A stretch of 64,000 nt of DNA, from NCBI GenBank assembly GCA_900770925.1, contig CAAGLY010000024.1:1735-65734 (forward strand), given 5' to 3'. The notes beneath the pieces are model-generated. The model was given only the letters and a program-made list of their open reading frames with translations, was not told the DNA's origin and did no database searches. Source of the DNA: Bacilli bacterium (GTDB taxonomy: Bacteria; Bacillota_I; Bacilli_A; RFN20; CAG-288). Each line of letters begins with the position of its first letter. Position 1 is the stretch's first letter. A program made the position numbers and the translations under genes. Positions 18,218 through 28,087 of this stretch are shown here, piece after piece.

Positions 18218-19546
18218 TTATTCGTTGCTTGCCTTCAGGAAATCTATCCTATAGATGGGAAAATAGGTTCTGTTATCTTTCTTTTCTAAGTTGCAGTTTC
18301 CGAAAATGTATCCTTCCGGAATATCATAGTCCTTATTTGACAGCAGATTATCTAGAGCGGAATGACGTTTATAGTCTTTTCCGGATTTGATTTCTATCGG
18401 AAGCACATTTCCTTTGTAGCTGACGATAAAATCGACTTCACCCTGCTTCTTGCTTGAGAAATAGAAGAGGTTATCGTATCCGAAACCATGATGTAACAGT
18501 TCTTGGGCAACAGCATTCTCGAAGATGCCACCGAAATTTATATCTTTTTCGTGCGCGAGGATTTTCTCCTGTATTCCGCTCTGCAGTAAACGGTAGCATA
18601 ATAATCCGACATCATTAGCAAAGAGTTTGAAAAGTTTACTGTTTCTTGAAAGGAGGAGAGGAGTCTTAGGTTCATCAACATTATAGACAGGAATTGCTAC
18701 TCCTGCATCTTTCAGCCAGATGAAATCATTCTGACAGCGGGGAAGCGTGTAGTTTTTATCAATCTTGGATAAGATAAAACGCTTTGATTTGCTTCCTAAT
18801 TCACTTGGTAAGAGATCATAAGCATTGGCGATATATGGCCGATCCGTGCTTCCGGCATACTTCGTGATATCTTTTCGGTAATAGGTTTCGATTGTTCTAT
18901 GAACAAAATGAGTTGCTGTCAGGTCTTTTGTTTTCACATAGGTGCTGACTGCTTCTGGCCTTCCGCCTACTAATAGGTATTGATAGAATCTGTCTATCCT
19001 CCTCTTATGAAGGTAATCCGGAACTGTTTCTCTTTTCCTAAAGCATTCTTTCAACTTGTTGATAACTGGTTCCTGTACGTTATTCGCCCAGAGGAATTCT
19101 TCAAAGTCTAAAGGATACCTGATTTCTTCATATAAGTATCCGGTCGGCTCAAGTGCAATATTGAAATTGGTGACACCTAATAAGGAGCCGGAAAAAACAA
19201 AGCGGTATTTTCCGTCTAAGGCAAATCCCTTTGCCCTAGTCTGGAAATCAATATCTTCCGCCATCTGGATTTCGTCAAAGAAGATGACTGTCTTATTTGG
19301 AATCAAGGGTTTATTCGAAAACGCTGATATCACTAAGAGGAAATCTTCTATATTTGCCGCCTGCCGAAAGGCGGGGATAGACTGTGGATTGAGAGCAAGG
19401 TTGATATAAATATAGCTTTCGAAGTTTTCTTTACAGAATTGATCAATAAGGAAGGTTTTTCCTACCTGTCTTGAACCATCTACAAGCAAAACCTTATTGG
19501 TTGACTTCCATTGCTTCAGCTTCTCTTCAAATTTTCGTTTCAGCAT
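18218..19546 (-). CDS. AAA-family ATPase with a DUF4143-type C-terminal domain (COG1373).
   Basis: VLLVDGSRQVGKTFL is a Walker A motif. The length and layout are typical of COG1373 ATP-binding proteins. It sits alone between terminators. Confidence 0.65.
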   Translation of the reverse strand: MLKRKFEEKLKQWKSTNKVLLVDGSRQVGKTFLIDQFCKENFESYIYINLALNPQSIPAFRQAANIEDFLLVISAFSNKPLIPNKTVIFFDEIQMAEDIDFQTRAKGFALDGKYRFVFSGSLLGVTNFNIALEPTGYLYEEIRYPLDFEEFLWANNVQEPVINKLKECFRKRETVPDYLHKRRIDRFYQYLLVGGRPEAVSTYVKTKDLTATHFVHRTIETYYRKDITKYAGSTDRPYIANAYDLLPSELGSKSKRFILSKIDKNYTLPRCQNDFIWLKDAGVAIPVYNVDEPKTPLLLSRNSKLFKLFANDVGLLCYRLLQSGIQEKILAHEKDINFGGIFENAVAQELLHHGFGYDNLFYFSSKKQGEVDFIVSYKGNVLPIEIKSGKDYKRHSALDNLLSNKDYDIPEGYIFGNCNLEKKDNRTYFPIYRIDFLKASNE

Positions 19547-19854
19547 TTGTTTTCTCCTATTATAAGTATAAGCTAAAAGGGCTTCTTTGTATATAGAAAA
19601 CAGACTTTTCCATCCAGAAAAGTGTCAAATAGTTAGACTTTTCCAACCATCTAAATAACATATTTGCCAACTTTTCAAACCTCAAAAATACATAAACACT
19701 ATAATACGTGTAAAAATGTAAAATAAAAGGCTTTTTTAATAAAGCATGTTTTTAGAAAATAAATAGAAAACAATCAAACTATCTGTTTTGCTCCTTTAAA
19801 AGCTTTTGAAAAGCCTTACATTAAAAATCGCTACTCTTTTTTATATAGGATGAC

Positions 19855-19860
19855 TATAAT
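19855..19860 (+). promoter_or_regulatory. Candidate -10 box (TATAAT) upstream of marR, within a 330-bp AT-rich intergenic region that also holds the direct repeat AGACTTTTCCA (19601 and 19634).
   Basis: gactataattat lies ~30 nt upstream of ATG 19891. Confidence 0.3.
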
Positions 19861-19890
19861 TATTCCGTTCGTATACAAACTAATTAATTT

Positions 19891-20355
19891 ATGGATGATA
19901 AAAACGACAATTCATTAGGTGAAAGGATTCATCTGACATCGAGTAAAATCGGCGCCTTTATTAACCGGAAAAGGAAGGACAATGACCTCCTTAGGCTCGG
20001 AAATGAAGGGAACCTGATTCTCTATATCTATGAACATCCTTCGACCAAGGCGAAAGACTTGCAGGAAAAGTTCCGACTATCGAAAGCAACCATTTCCTGT
20101 TCCCTAAGTAATAGGGAAAAGAAAGGCTTGCTGAAGAGGGACTATGAAGGAAATGACAAGCGGACAAAGAAGATAAGGCTAACCGATAAAGGGAAAGAAG
20201 CCTGTCTTCCCTACCGGGACTTCTTTCTCCGCCTGACGCATACTCTAGAGGAGAACGTCTCTAGAGAAGAGAAAGAGACGACGATTAAAGTGCTAAATCA
20301 GGTTCTCTTGAACCTGGAAGAAGGAAAGGAAGGAGAAGAAGATGAAAATTATTAA
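19891..20355 (+). CDS. MarR-family transcriptional regulator.
   Basis: 154 aa with a winged-helix region (LQEKFRLSKATISCSLSNREKKGLLKRDYEGNDKRTKKIRLTDKG). Its end overlaps the downstream ABC exporter gene. Confidence 0.7.
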   Translation: MDDKNDNSLGERIHLTSSKIGAFINRKRKDNDLLRLGNEGNLILYIYEHPSTKAKDLQEKFRLSKATISCSLSNREKKGLLKRDYEGNDKRTKKIRLTDKGKEACLPYRDFFLRLTHTLEENVSREEKETTIKVLNQVLLNLEEGKEGEEDENY

Positions 20356-22093
20356 ACGCCTAGTTACCTTTAGGCCAGGCTATTGGAAGGATACCATCCT
20401 GACCTGGTGTTCTGTTGCTCTTGAAGCAAGGCTTGAGATTCTGGTTGCTTTCTTCCTTCAGTATCTCTTAGCCGGAGTTGAGAACAACTCCATGGCTCAG
20501 ATTGGAAGGTGGACAGGCATCATTGCCGGAAGGGCACTATTAGCAGCGGCAAGCGGTCTGTTTGCCGGCTATTGGTCAGCTTCGGCAGCCGCCGGCTTTG
20601 GCAAGAACCTGAGAGAGGGAAGGTATGAAAAGGTTCAGACTTATTCCTTTAAGAACATCGATAAGTTCTCTACCTCTTCTATCGTTACCCGTAGGACCAC
20701 GGATAGGTCAAACATCCAGTTCTCCTTCATGATGATTCTCCGCATGGTTCTCCGTGCTCCGCTGAGGATGATTTTCGCTAGGATCATGGCTTTCGTCACA
20801 GCTCCTAGCTTAGCCTGGATCTTCCTCGTCATCATTCCTGTCCTCTTTGTTTTCCTTATTATTATCGCTAACTCTGCCCATAAGCTCTTCGTGAAGATCT
20901 TCGATACCTATGATGACCTTAACCAGGACGTCCAGGAGGATGTCGACGGTATCCGTGTCATCAAATCCTTTGACCGGAAAGAGCATCATACGAAGAAATT
21001 CAAATCAATCTCCGATGGCATCTATAAGAACTACATCAAAGCAGAGTTCCGCCTTGCCTTTAACGGTCCGTTAAGGAACACGGCTGTCTATGGTGCAAGG
21101 AGGTTCATTTCTTACTTCGGTGCAAAGAAGATTGTCGAGGGCGGCAATTCGTCTCTTCAGATTACCCAGCTGACAACTCTCTTTACCTATGTCAGGATGA
21201 TTCTTAGGTCCTTAAGGATGGTTTCTAGGATCTATGTCAGGATCATCATTGCCCGTAACAGCGCAGAGCGCTGTGTTGAAATCTTAGATGAGACTTCCGA
21301 TATCGTTTCTCCTGAGCATGCTATCAGGAAGGTCGAGAACGGAGAAGTCGAGTTCAAGGATGTCTCCTTCAGCTACGGAAAAGGGAAGAGCGTCTTACAG
21401 GATGTCAATCTTCACTTCTCTTCCGGTGAGACCATCGGTATTATCGGCCCTACCGGTTCAAGTAAGACGACCCTTGTCTCCTTAATCGCCCGTCTTTATG
21501 ACGCTACCTCTGGTGAAGTGAAAGTCGGCGGACACGATGTTAGAGAGTACGACGTAGCGACTTTACGTGATGCTGTCGCTGTTGTCTTACAGAAGAACAC
21601 CCTGTTTACCGGAACTATCCGGGATAACCTGAAATGGGGCAATGAACAGGCAAGCGATGAGGAAATCTGGAAAGCATGCGATTTAGCTCAGGCGAGTGAG
21701 TTCCTCAAACGGTTCCCTAAGGGATTGGATACAAGGCTGGTACAGGAAGGAAACAATGTTTCCGGAGGACAGAAACAGCGTTTATGTATCGCCCGTGCTC
21801 TATTAAAGAATCCGAAGATCCTGATTCTGGATGATTCCACTAGTGCCTGCGATACCCATACGGACAGCTTAATCCGTGAAGGATTAGCTAAGGAACGCAA
21901 CGATGTGACAAAGTTCATCATTGCCCAGCGTGTCTTATCCATTAAGGACTGCCGGACGATTATTGTCAGGGATGCCGGAGGAAAGATTGTTGCCCAGGGC
22001 AACAATGATGAGCTAAGGCTCTCCTGCCCTGTCTATAAGGAATTATATGAATCTCAGTTAGGAGGAGGTGATTTCGATGTCAAAGCGGATTAA
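20342..22093 (+). CDS. ABC exporter, fused TMD-NBD half-transporter (multidrug/lipid type), subunit 1.
   Basis: Six-TM N-terminal region; Walker A GPTGSSKTT, signature VSGGQKQR and Walker B ILILDD. Confidence 0.75.
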   Translation: MKIIKRLVTFRPGYWKDTILTWCSVALEARLEILVAFFLQYLLAGVENNSMAQIGRWTGIIAGRALLAAASGLFAGYWSASAAAGFGKNLREGRYEKVQTYSFKNIDKFSTSSIVTRRTTDRSNIQFSFMMILRMVLRAPLRMIFARIMAFVTAPSLAWIFLVIIPVLFVFLIIIANSAHKLFVKIFDTYDDLNQDVQEDVDGIRVIKSFDRKEHHTKKFKSISDGIYKNYIKAEFRLAFNGPLRNTAVYGARRFISYFGAKKIVEGGNSSLQITQLTTLFTYVRMILRSLRMVSRIYVRIIIARNSAERCVEILDETSDIVSPEHAIRKVENGEVEFKDVSFSYGKGKSVLQDVNLHFSSGETIGIIGPTGSSKTTLVSLIARLYDATSGEVKVGGHDVREYDVATLRDAVAVVLQKNTLFTGTIRDNLKWGNEQASDEEIWKACDLAQASEFLKRFPKGLDTRLVQEGNNVSGGQKQRLCIARALLKNPKILILDDSTSACDTHTDSLIREGLAKERNDVTKFIIAQRVLSIKDCRTIIVRDAGGKIVAQGNNDELRLSCPVYKELYESQLGGGDFDVKAD

Positions 22094-24113
22094 ACCGATG
22101 CAGAAAACATCTATCGAGGTCTCGGAAAAGCACCCGGCCAAACGGCTGTTATCCTATGTCTTCAAATACTATCCGTTAAGGTTTGTCGGTGTCTGCGTCT
22201 CGATTATCTTCTCTGCTTTTGCTTCTGTCGCCGGAAGCTACTTCATCGGCACGATTCTGATTGATAAGTATCTGACTCCCTCTATCTATGTCGTAGATTC
22301 TGCAACCGGGAATCCGAGGATTCAGAATGGTGCTCCGCTTAGGCAGGCGAATCCGAAAGAGGTCTTCTCCTCTATCCGTTTCTGGGGAAGGAACTTCTCT
22401 TCGGCAAGGCTTGTCTTAGCCGGCATCTTCCTTCTCGGTATCTTAGCCGGATACTTCTATAACTACTGGATGGCTAAGATTGCCCAGGGTGTTCAGAAGA
22501 TCATCCGTGATGAGAGGTTCTCTCACAGGCTTGATCTTCCGGTCTCCTACTTTGATAAACACACCCATGGTGACATCAGGTCCGTCTATTCCAACGATGT
22601 CGACTCTCTCCGTGAAAGGCTTGCCCGTGCTGTTCCGATGTCCTTCTCCTCCATTGTCTCTAGGACCCTCTGTCTTATCAGGAGGATCGGAACGGATATC
22701 TATAGGACAATATTAGTCTTAGCCTTCTCTCTCATCAGGTTGTTCCTCAGCCGCTATTTCGCCTCTCATTCCGGCAGGTACTTCCGTGCCCAGCAGGATG
22801 AACTCGGTAAGATCAACGGATACATCGAAGAAAGGATCTCCGGTCAGAAGGTCATTAAGGTCTTCAACCACGAGCAGGAGAACATCGAGGGATTTAAGAA
22901 ACATAACGAAGAGCTGTTCAACGATTCGGTCAAGGCAAACCGTTATGCCAATAGGCTAAGGCCGATGATTAACCAGCTCGGTAATGTCCAGTATGCCTTC
23001 ATTGCTCTATTCGGAGGCATTAGGAGGATCAACCGTATCCAGGCTATTCACCTCTTCTCTTCGAACACTTCATCTATCTACGGATACTATACAATCGGTA
23101 TCATCTCTTCCTTCTTAAGGTATTCTAAGTCCTTTGTTCAGCCGATCGGTCAGATCAGCCAGCAGCTCAATTCTATCTCTTTAGCCTTAGCTGGTTCCGG
23201 ACGAATCTTCTCCTTAATCGATGAGAAGCCGGAAACGGATGAAGGTTATGTCGAATTAGTCAATGCAAAAGCAGACGAAAAGGGAAATCCTGTTGAAACA
23301 GAGGAACAGACCGGAAGGTGGGCGTGGAAACATCCGCATCAGGATAATTCTTCAACGACCTATACCTGGTTAAAAGGCAAAATCAACCTTAACCATGTCG
23401 ACTTCGGTTACACCAAGGAAAAGATTGTCCTCCACGATATTACCATCTATGCAGAACCCGGCCAGAAGGTTGCCTTTGTCGGTCCTACCGGTGCCGGTAA
23501 GACGACAATCACAAACCTCCTTAATCGCTTCTACGATATAGCCGATGGCAAGATCCGCTATGACGATATCAACATCAACAAGATCAAGAAGTCGGACTTA
23601 CGCCGCTCCTTAGGCATGGTCTTCCAGGATACGAAGCTCTTCACCGGAACAGTGAGGGAAAATATCCGCTACGGAAAGCTCGATGCTAGTGATGAGGAAG
23701 TCATTGCTGCGGCTAAGCTTGCCAATGCCGATACCTTCATCCGTCAGCTTCCTAACGGATACGATACAAGGCTGAAAGATTCCGGATCCGGATTATCTCA
23801 GGGGCAGAGACAGCTCCTTGCTATCGCAAGAGCTGCTGTCGCTAATCCTCCTGTCCTGATCCTCGATGAGGCAACTTCATCCATCGACTCCCGTACCGAA
23901 ACGATGGTACAGAAGGGAAGGGATGCCATCAGGAAGGGACGTACTGTCTTTGTTATCGCCCATCGTCTCAGCACGATTAAGAACGCGGATGTTATCAGGG
24001 TCCTTGAGAACGGATGCATTATCGAACGCGGTAACCATGAGCAGTTACTTGCTGAAAAAGGAAAATATTACCAGCTCTATACCGGTAACGCAATTCAGCA
24101 GCAGGACGAATAA
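22077..24113 (+). CDS. ABC exporter, fused TMD-NBD half-transporter, subunit 2 (heterodimer partner).
   Basis: GPTGAGKTT, LSQGQRQL, ILILDEATS. The probable start is ATG 22077 after GGAGGAGG; the ORF-track start is 22068. Confidence 0.75.
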   Translation: MSKRIKPMQKTSIEVSEKHPAKRLLSYVFKYYPLRFVGVCVSIIFSAFASVAGSYFIGTILIDKYLTPSIYVVDSATGNPRIQNGAPLRQANPKEVFSSIRFWGRNFSSARLVLAGIFLLGILAGYFYNYWMAKIAQGVQKIIRDERFSHRLDLPVSYFDKHTHGDIRSVYSNDVDSLRERLARAVPMSFSSIVSRTLCLIRRIGTDIYRTILVLAFSLIRLFLSRYFASHSGRYFRAQQDELGKINGYIEERISGQKVIKVFNHEQENIEGFKKHNEELFNDSVKANRYANRLRPMINQLGNVQYAFIALFGGIRRINRIQAIHLFSSNTSSIYGYYTIGIISSFLRYSKSFVQPIGQISQQLNSISLALAGSGRIFSLIDEKPETDEGYVELVNAKADEKGNPVETEEQTGRWAWKHPHQDNSSTTYTWLKGKINLNHVDFGYTKEKIVLHDITIYAEPGQKVAFVGPTGAGKTTITNLLNRFYDIADGKIRYDDININKIKKSDLRRSLGMVFQDTKLFTGTVRENIRYGKLDASDEEVIAAAKLANADTFIRQLPNGYDTRLKDSGSGLSQGQRQLLAIARAAVANPPVLILDEATSSIDSRTETMVQKGRDAIRKGRTVFVIAHRLSTIKNADVIRVLENGCIIERGNHEQLLAEKGKYYQLYTGNAIQQQDE

Positions 24114-24125
24114 AACATTTAAAAA

Positions 24126-24169
24126 GCACCATCCTCTCAATTTGTTTAGACTAGGAGGGTGCTTTTTTG
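24126..24169 (+). terminator. Rho-independent terminator after the ABC exporter operon.
   Basis: gcaccatcctc...gagggtgc hairpin followed by TTTTTTG. Confidence 0.55.
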
Positions 24170-24309
24170 TTTCCTTAAAAGAATAAACAGGTAGAGTCCT
24201 TATCAGAGCAGGAGGACAGATTGCCTTTACGGATTATTGCCAAGAAGCTGTGCCTTTAAGACATTCTCTTTTCAAACCAGAAAAAGAAAACTCTTTTTGA
24301 ACGGAAAAC

Positions 24310-24332
24310 GGCGTCCTAGTTTTTAGGACGCC
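24310..24332 (-). terminator. Terminator for the minus-strand lipoprotein operon.
   Basis: Perfect 9-bp stem GGCGTCCTA/TAGGACGCC, T-rich on the minus strand, immediately downstream of the stop at 24381. Confidence 0.55.
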
Positions 24333-24380
24333 GCTATTGTCTTCTGTTAGCAGAGTTTCTGAAGGAAGAAAATAGACCTG

Positions 24381-25745
24381 CTATGCGCCGATTCTATGGT
24401 CGCCAATCGTTGTCTTGTTGATGTCAGTGACTTCCCTGGAAATTTTATCGCCTTCGACTAAATCAGCAACGATATGATAACTGACAGCAGCTTCATCATA
24501 CCAGAAAGTATAATCCAGGAGCTGGAACCGTAAAACGGTCTCATCAAACCTGGCAAATAAGTCAGTCAGGAAATCACTGGAAGCATTGAGATTCTTTTCT
24601 TCGATGACATACTTACCGCCTTCAATCTCTCTGGCCTTGAATGTCTTTTCATCTCCCCAATCAAGATCGATGAACGAATTGACAATGCTATAGATATCCT
24701 TATAGGTGTTTCCGTTGTTATCCTTATAGACATCGCCGATAATCAGCTTATCCGTAGCATCATTATATAGCCTAGTCTTTACTACGCCATCTGAGACGAT
24801 GAGACCGATATCATCTTCATCTTTGCGGTCAGTATAGGAGTAATAGGCATCGGTCCTATATTTGCTTGTCCTAGAATAGTTCGTAAAGCCTTCTGTCTTG
24901 TAGTCGCTATTTACTTTGATGGTAAAGTTTCTCCTGTTTTTCAGGTAGCCTAAATATTTGAAGAGAGAGCTTCCCTCACCGACTCGGACTTTCCCGCCTT
25001 TATCTGTCGCGATATAATCCCTGATTTTCTGGTCCTGCATGGTAGTTCCGATGTTTTCAATCGTCATTACTGTCGTGCCTCTTCCGCTGGTTGTTTCATT
25101 GAACTCAACAGACAGCTGAAGATCCGAATTCGAATCGATAGTGAAATACCTGGAGTTTACATCGCTGTAAGTTGTGCCAGAATAAGTCGAGTCAGCATCA
25201 TAACCGGCTAAGGAGAAGAGAACCTTGCAGCTGTCATTGTTGATGCTCTTGAAATAGACACGGCCGTCTTCCTCTTTCAGATTCTGAGAATCGACATCTA
25301 CATTCTTGAAAGTGTAGAGATTATCAAATAAGGAATGAAGATTGTTTCCGTCACTATCTAATGCATAGTAGTCTGAACTGAATACACCTTCTGTAGAAAC
25401 GTTGAACCCATAGATTCCGTTTGCATCTTCGATGTATCCCTCCCTCTTACCATTCTCTGAGTCTCTATAGGTATAGACACCAGAGGAAAAAGCAATGGAG
25501 AAATCACCGCCATAATCCGTGATATCGAGAGTATAGTTTACATCTGACTCTTTTAGCGATTTTAATCGCTTGACTACCTTTTGAGTTAAAGTGGAATTAT
25601 CCTCAGAAACTTTGATTGTAGCGGAAACGGGATGGCTGACATTATCAGATTTAGGTGCGCTATTTGTCGTGTTACCTGTTCCATTTGAGTTACAGGCAGA
25701 TAATAAGGAAACAAAGGATAAGAAATAGACTAAACACTTTTTCAT
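24381..25745 (-). CDS. Surface lipoprotein (third gene of the lipoprotein operon).
   Basis: MKKCLVYFLSFVSLLSAC is a lipobox. The protein is Ser/Thr/Asn/Asp/Tyr-rich. Its start overlaps the upstream gene's stop. Confidence 0.6.
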   Translation of the reverse strand: MKKCLVYFLSFVSLLSACNSNGTGNTTNSAPKSDNVSHPVSATIKVSEDNSTLTQKVVKRLKSLKESDVNYTLDITDYGGDFSIAFSSGVYTYRDSENGKREGYIEDANGIYGFNVSTEGVFSSDYYALDSDGNNLHSLFDNLYTFKNVDVDSQNLKEEDGRVYFKSINNDSCKVLFSLAGYDADSTYSGTTYSDVNSRYFTIDSNSDLQLSVEFNETTSGRGTTVMTIENIGTTMQDQKIRDYIATDKGGKVRVGEGSSLFKYLGYLKNRRNFTIKVNSDYKTEGFTNYSRTSKYRTDAYYSYTDRKDEDDIGLIVSDGVVKTRLYNDATDKLIIGDVYKDNNGNTYKDIYSIVNSFIDLDWGDEKTFKAREIEGGKYVIEEKNLNASSDFLTDLFARFDETVLRFQLLDYTFWYDEAAVSYHIVADLVEGDKISREVTDINKTTIGDHRIGA

Positions 25746-28084
25746 TGAGCTTTATCCTCTCTGGTTAAATGATAGGTAACGGATAATTTACCTTCTTCTT
25801 CATCTTCCTCTGCAAAACTGACATCGATTTTTTCGTAATCCGGAGATGCAATGTTGACAGTCAGATCTTCAGCATATCCATTTGTGAAGCGGGTACTAGA
25901 AGATCCGGCAATACTGAATTTGCCTTTGTTTAGAGCATAGATGAAGTTACAGGAGTCATATACTGTTCCGTCGTGTTTGAAGATCTTTAAGATCGCATTG
26001 GAATCATCTGTGAAGTTCAGCTCGACACTATAATTGTGGAAGTCTTTATTGGCACCTGCCTTATAGGTTGAATTGCGGAGAATATTAAGTGCTTCGCTAG
26101 ATGTCAAAGGCTTGATGATCTTGACTTTGACTTCAGCATGGATGCTGCTATCGACATTAGAGGTTGCTTTGATGGTGACCGTGTGTTCCTTGTCTGTCCT
26201 GTCTTTGTTGCCCTTAAGATGGTAATATTTGATGCCGCTGATTTCAGAAGTGGTTATCGTAGCATAATTTTCATCGCCAGGGGCTAAAGAGACCGTAACG
26301 TTGTCATCAGCTCCATAAGGCTCCCTGTTGAGATAGAACTTAGTCTCGTCTTCACAGGTTATGCAATCATCAAGAGAAGAAAATTTTATTGCGGTCGGCT
26401 TAGCAATATTGACACTTAGCTCGTACTGCTTGGTTACTTTCTTGCTCTTGACAACGATAGTGGATTTGCCTGCTCCTACTGCATTTAAGGCCATCTTATT
26501 TGGGGCAATATCGATGACATCTGTGTTGCTTGAAGAAACAATCTGGATGCGATCAAAATTCTGATATGCACCCTCCGGTGAACAGGAAGTCGGCTTGAAA
26601 ATAATCGTATCTCCTCTTGTGAACTCAGTTTTAGGTTCTGCCTTTTCGGTATCGGTAGAGACATAGAAGGAGAGAGCAAAATCGGAAAAATAGAATTTGG
26701 ATGAGTCAACTTTAGGATTCGTTTCTTTCTGCCGTTTCCCGGATACAAGGCTAGCAGCGAAAGTTTCGTATGATTTTGCTTCGACCCCATCCTTGATGTT
26801 GAACGATTCATCGACATCAGTGTCATTGTAAATGTATTTGGAGAATGTGGCCTTACTGAAATTAGTCCCATCAAAGGTAAGCTCTAAAGTTAAGAAGGTG
26901 GCAGAGGAGTAATCCTTTTGCTTGCTAGAGAAGGTGATGGTGTTATCTGTTTCGGTCAGGGTGTAGGTGGTTGAATCGTAGAAATAAAAATTAAGTGTAT
27001 CGGCAATAAAAGTTCCGACACCATAGCTGTAAACGGAGGAATAATAGGAAGAATAGAAGGCAGGTAAGGAAACAAAGCTTTTCGCCTTGCTTTCGCTTAT
27101 TTCTCCCCTAAAGGAATTTTCACCGATTATGTTGCAGTCAGAAGAGATGGTCTTGCCTTCATTCCTGACAAGGGTGTACAGGCTGTTGTCTAAAAGACCA
27201 TAGTAGACAGTTTTTTTGGAGCCGTCAAAAGCTTCGATATCATCATAAATGTGATCGTCATAGATATGATAGCTGACATTGGAATTCTTTATGGATGAAT
27301 TTGATTTGCTTGTCCTAGCTATTGTGCCGCTGACAATGTCGGTGCTTTCCGAAAAAGAGGCTTCTTTGATTCTTGCGTTGATTTTGTCCAACTTGATTTT
27401 TTCGGCATCTAAGCTAACTGAAATCGAAAATGTTATTGGGGTAACATCACTGTTTTCAACGCTGATCTTAATCTGACAGCTTCCGACACTGACTCCTTTT
27501 AGAACACCTGAATCGGATATAGTAGCCACGCTAGTTTTTGTTGTGGAATATTTGAATTTCAAGCCGGAAATTACCGGTGAAGAAGTGACGGATAGTTGAA
27601 TTTCTTCACCGATTGCTAAAACACTTCTGCTAAATGTAGTGGAAATGGAATCAATCTGGATCGTCTCAGCATTAGTAACTTTGATAGCTATGATTGCTTT
27701 CTTATTGTTTGTTGTAGAAATAATGAGGTTTGTTGAACCAGCAGTTTTTCCTGTGATTGTCTTATTTTCTTTATCTACAGAGATATAGGTTTCATCATAA
27801 GTATACTTTACAGCAGTTTCTGTGCAGTTCTCTGGAAGTATCTGATAGGAAAACTGTATTGTCTCACCGACTTTCAGACTGATTGTCTCCTCACTAGCGG
27901 TTATGCTAGCGGGGAGAACTTTTTCATGCTTGCTGGTTGAATTAGAGACGGAAGGAACATTCTCTGTTGCTTTTTCTGTCGCAGAAGGATTAGGAGCTAT
28001 CGATGGAAGGGAAGAATTGTTCTGATTGCAGGAGAAGAGCAAAAGAGATGTTAGTGATAGAAGTGTAAAAGTGATTTTTTTCAT
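25742..28084 (-). CDS. Surface lipoprotein with bacterial Ig-like (Big_2) domains.
   Basis: MKKITFTLLSLTSLLLFSC is a lipobox. There are two Big_2-like segments (...ISLKVGETIQFSYQILPENCTETAVKYTYDETYISVDKENKTITGKTAGSTNLII...). Confidence 0.6.
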   Translation of the reverse strand: MKKITFTLLSLTSLLLFSCNQNNSSLPSIAPNPSATEKATENVPSVSNSTSKHEKVLPASITASEETISLKVGETIQFSYQILPENCTETAVKYTYDETYISVDKENKTITGKTAGSTNLIISTTNNKKAIIAIKVTNAETIQIDSISTTFSRSVLAIGEEIQLSVTSSPVISGLKFKYSTTKTSVATISDSGVLKGVSVGSCQIKISVENSDVTPITFSISVSLDAEKIKLDKINARIKEASFSESTDIVSGTIARTSKSNSSIKNSNVSYHIYDDHIYDDIEAFDGSKKTVYYGLLDNSLYTLVRNEGKTISSDCNIIGENSFRGEISESKAKSFVSLPAFYSSYYSSVYSYGVGTFIADTLNFYFYDSTTYTLTETDNTITFSSKQKDYSSATFLTLELTFDGTNFSKATFSKYIYNDTDVDESFNIKDGVEAKSYETFAASLVSGKRQKETNPKVDSSKFYFSDFALSFYVSTDTEKAEPKTEFTRGDTIIFKPTSCSPEGAYQNFDRIQIVSSSNTDVIDIAPNKMALNAVGAGKSTIVVKSKKVTKQYELSVNIAKPTAIKFSSLDDCITCEDETKFYLNREPYGADDNVTVSLAPGDENYATITTSEISGIKYYHLKGNKDRTDKEHTVTIKATSNVDSSIHAEVKVKIIKPLTSSEALNILRNSTYKAGANKDFHNYSVELNFTDDSNAILKIFKHDGTVYDSCNFIYALNKGKFSIAGSSSTRFTNGYAEDLTVNIASPDYEKIDVSFAEEDEEEGKLSVTYHLTREDKAQ

Positions 28085-28087
28085 CAG

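Noticed and set aside
18120-18255. 45-codon ORF (MKFRRIIPLGIALIFPFICSLEAESRSCAKACFYSLLAFRKSIL)
   Set aside because: It overlaps the convergent AAA ATPase stop and its terminator hairpin, with no RBS. It is probably non-coding.
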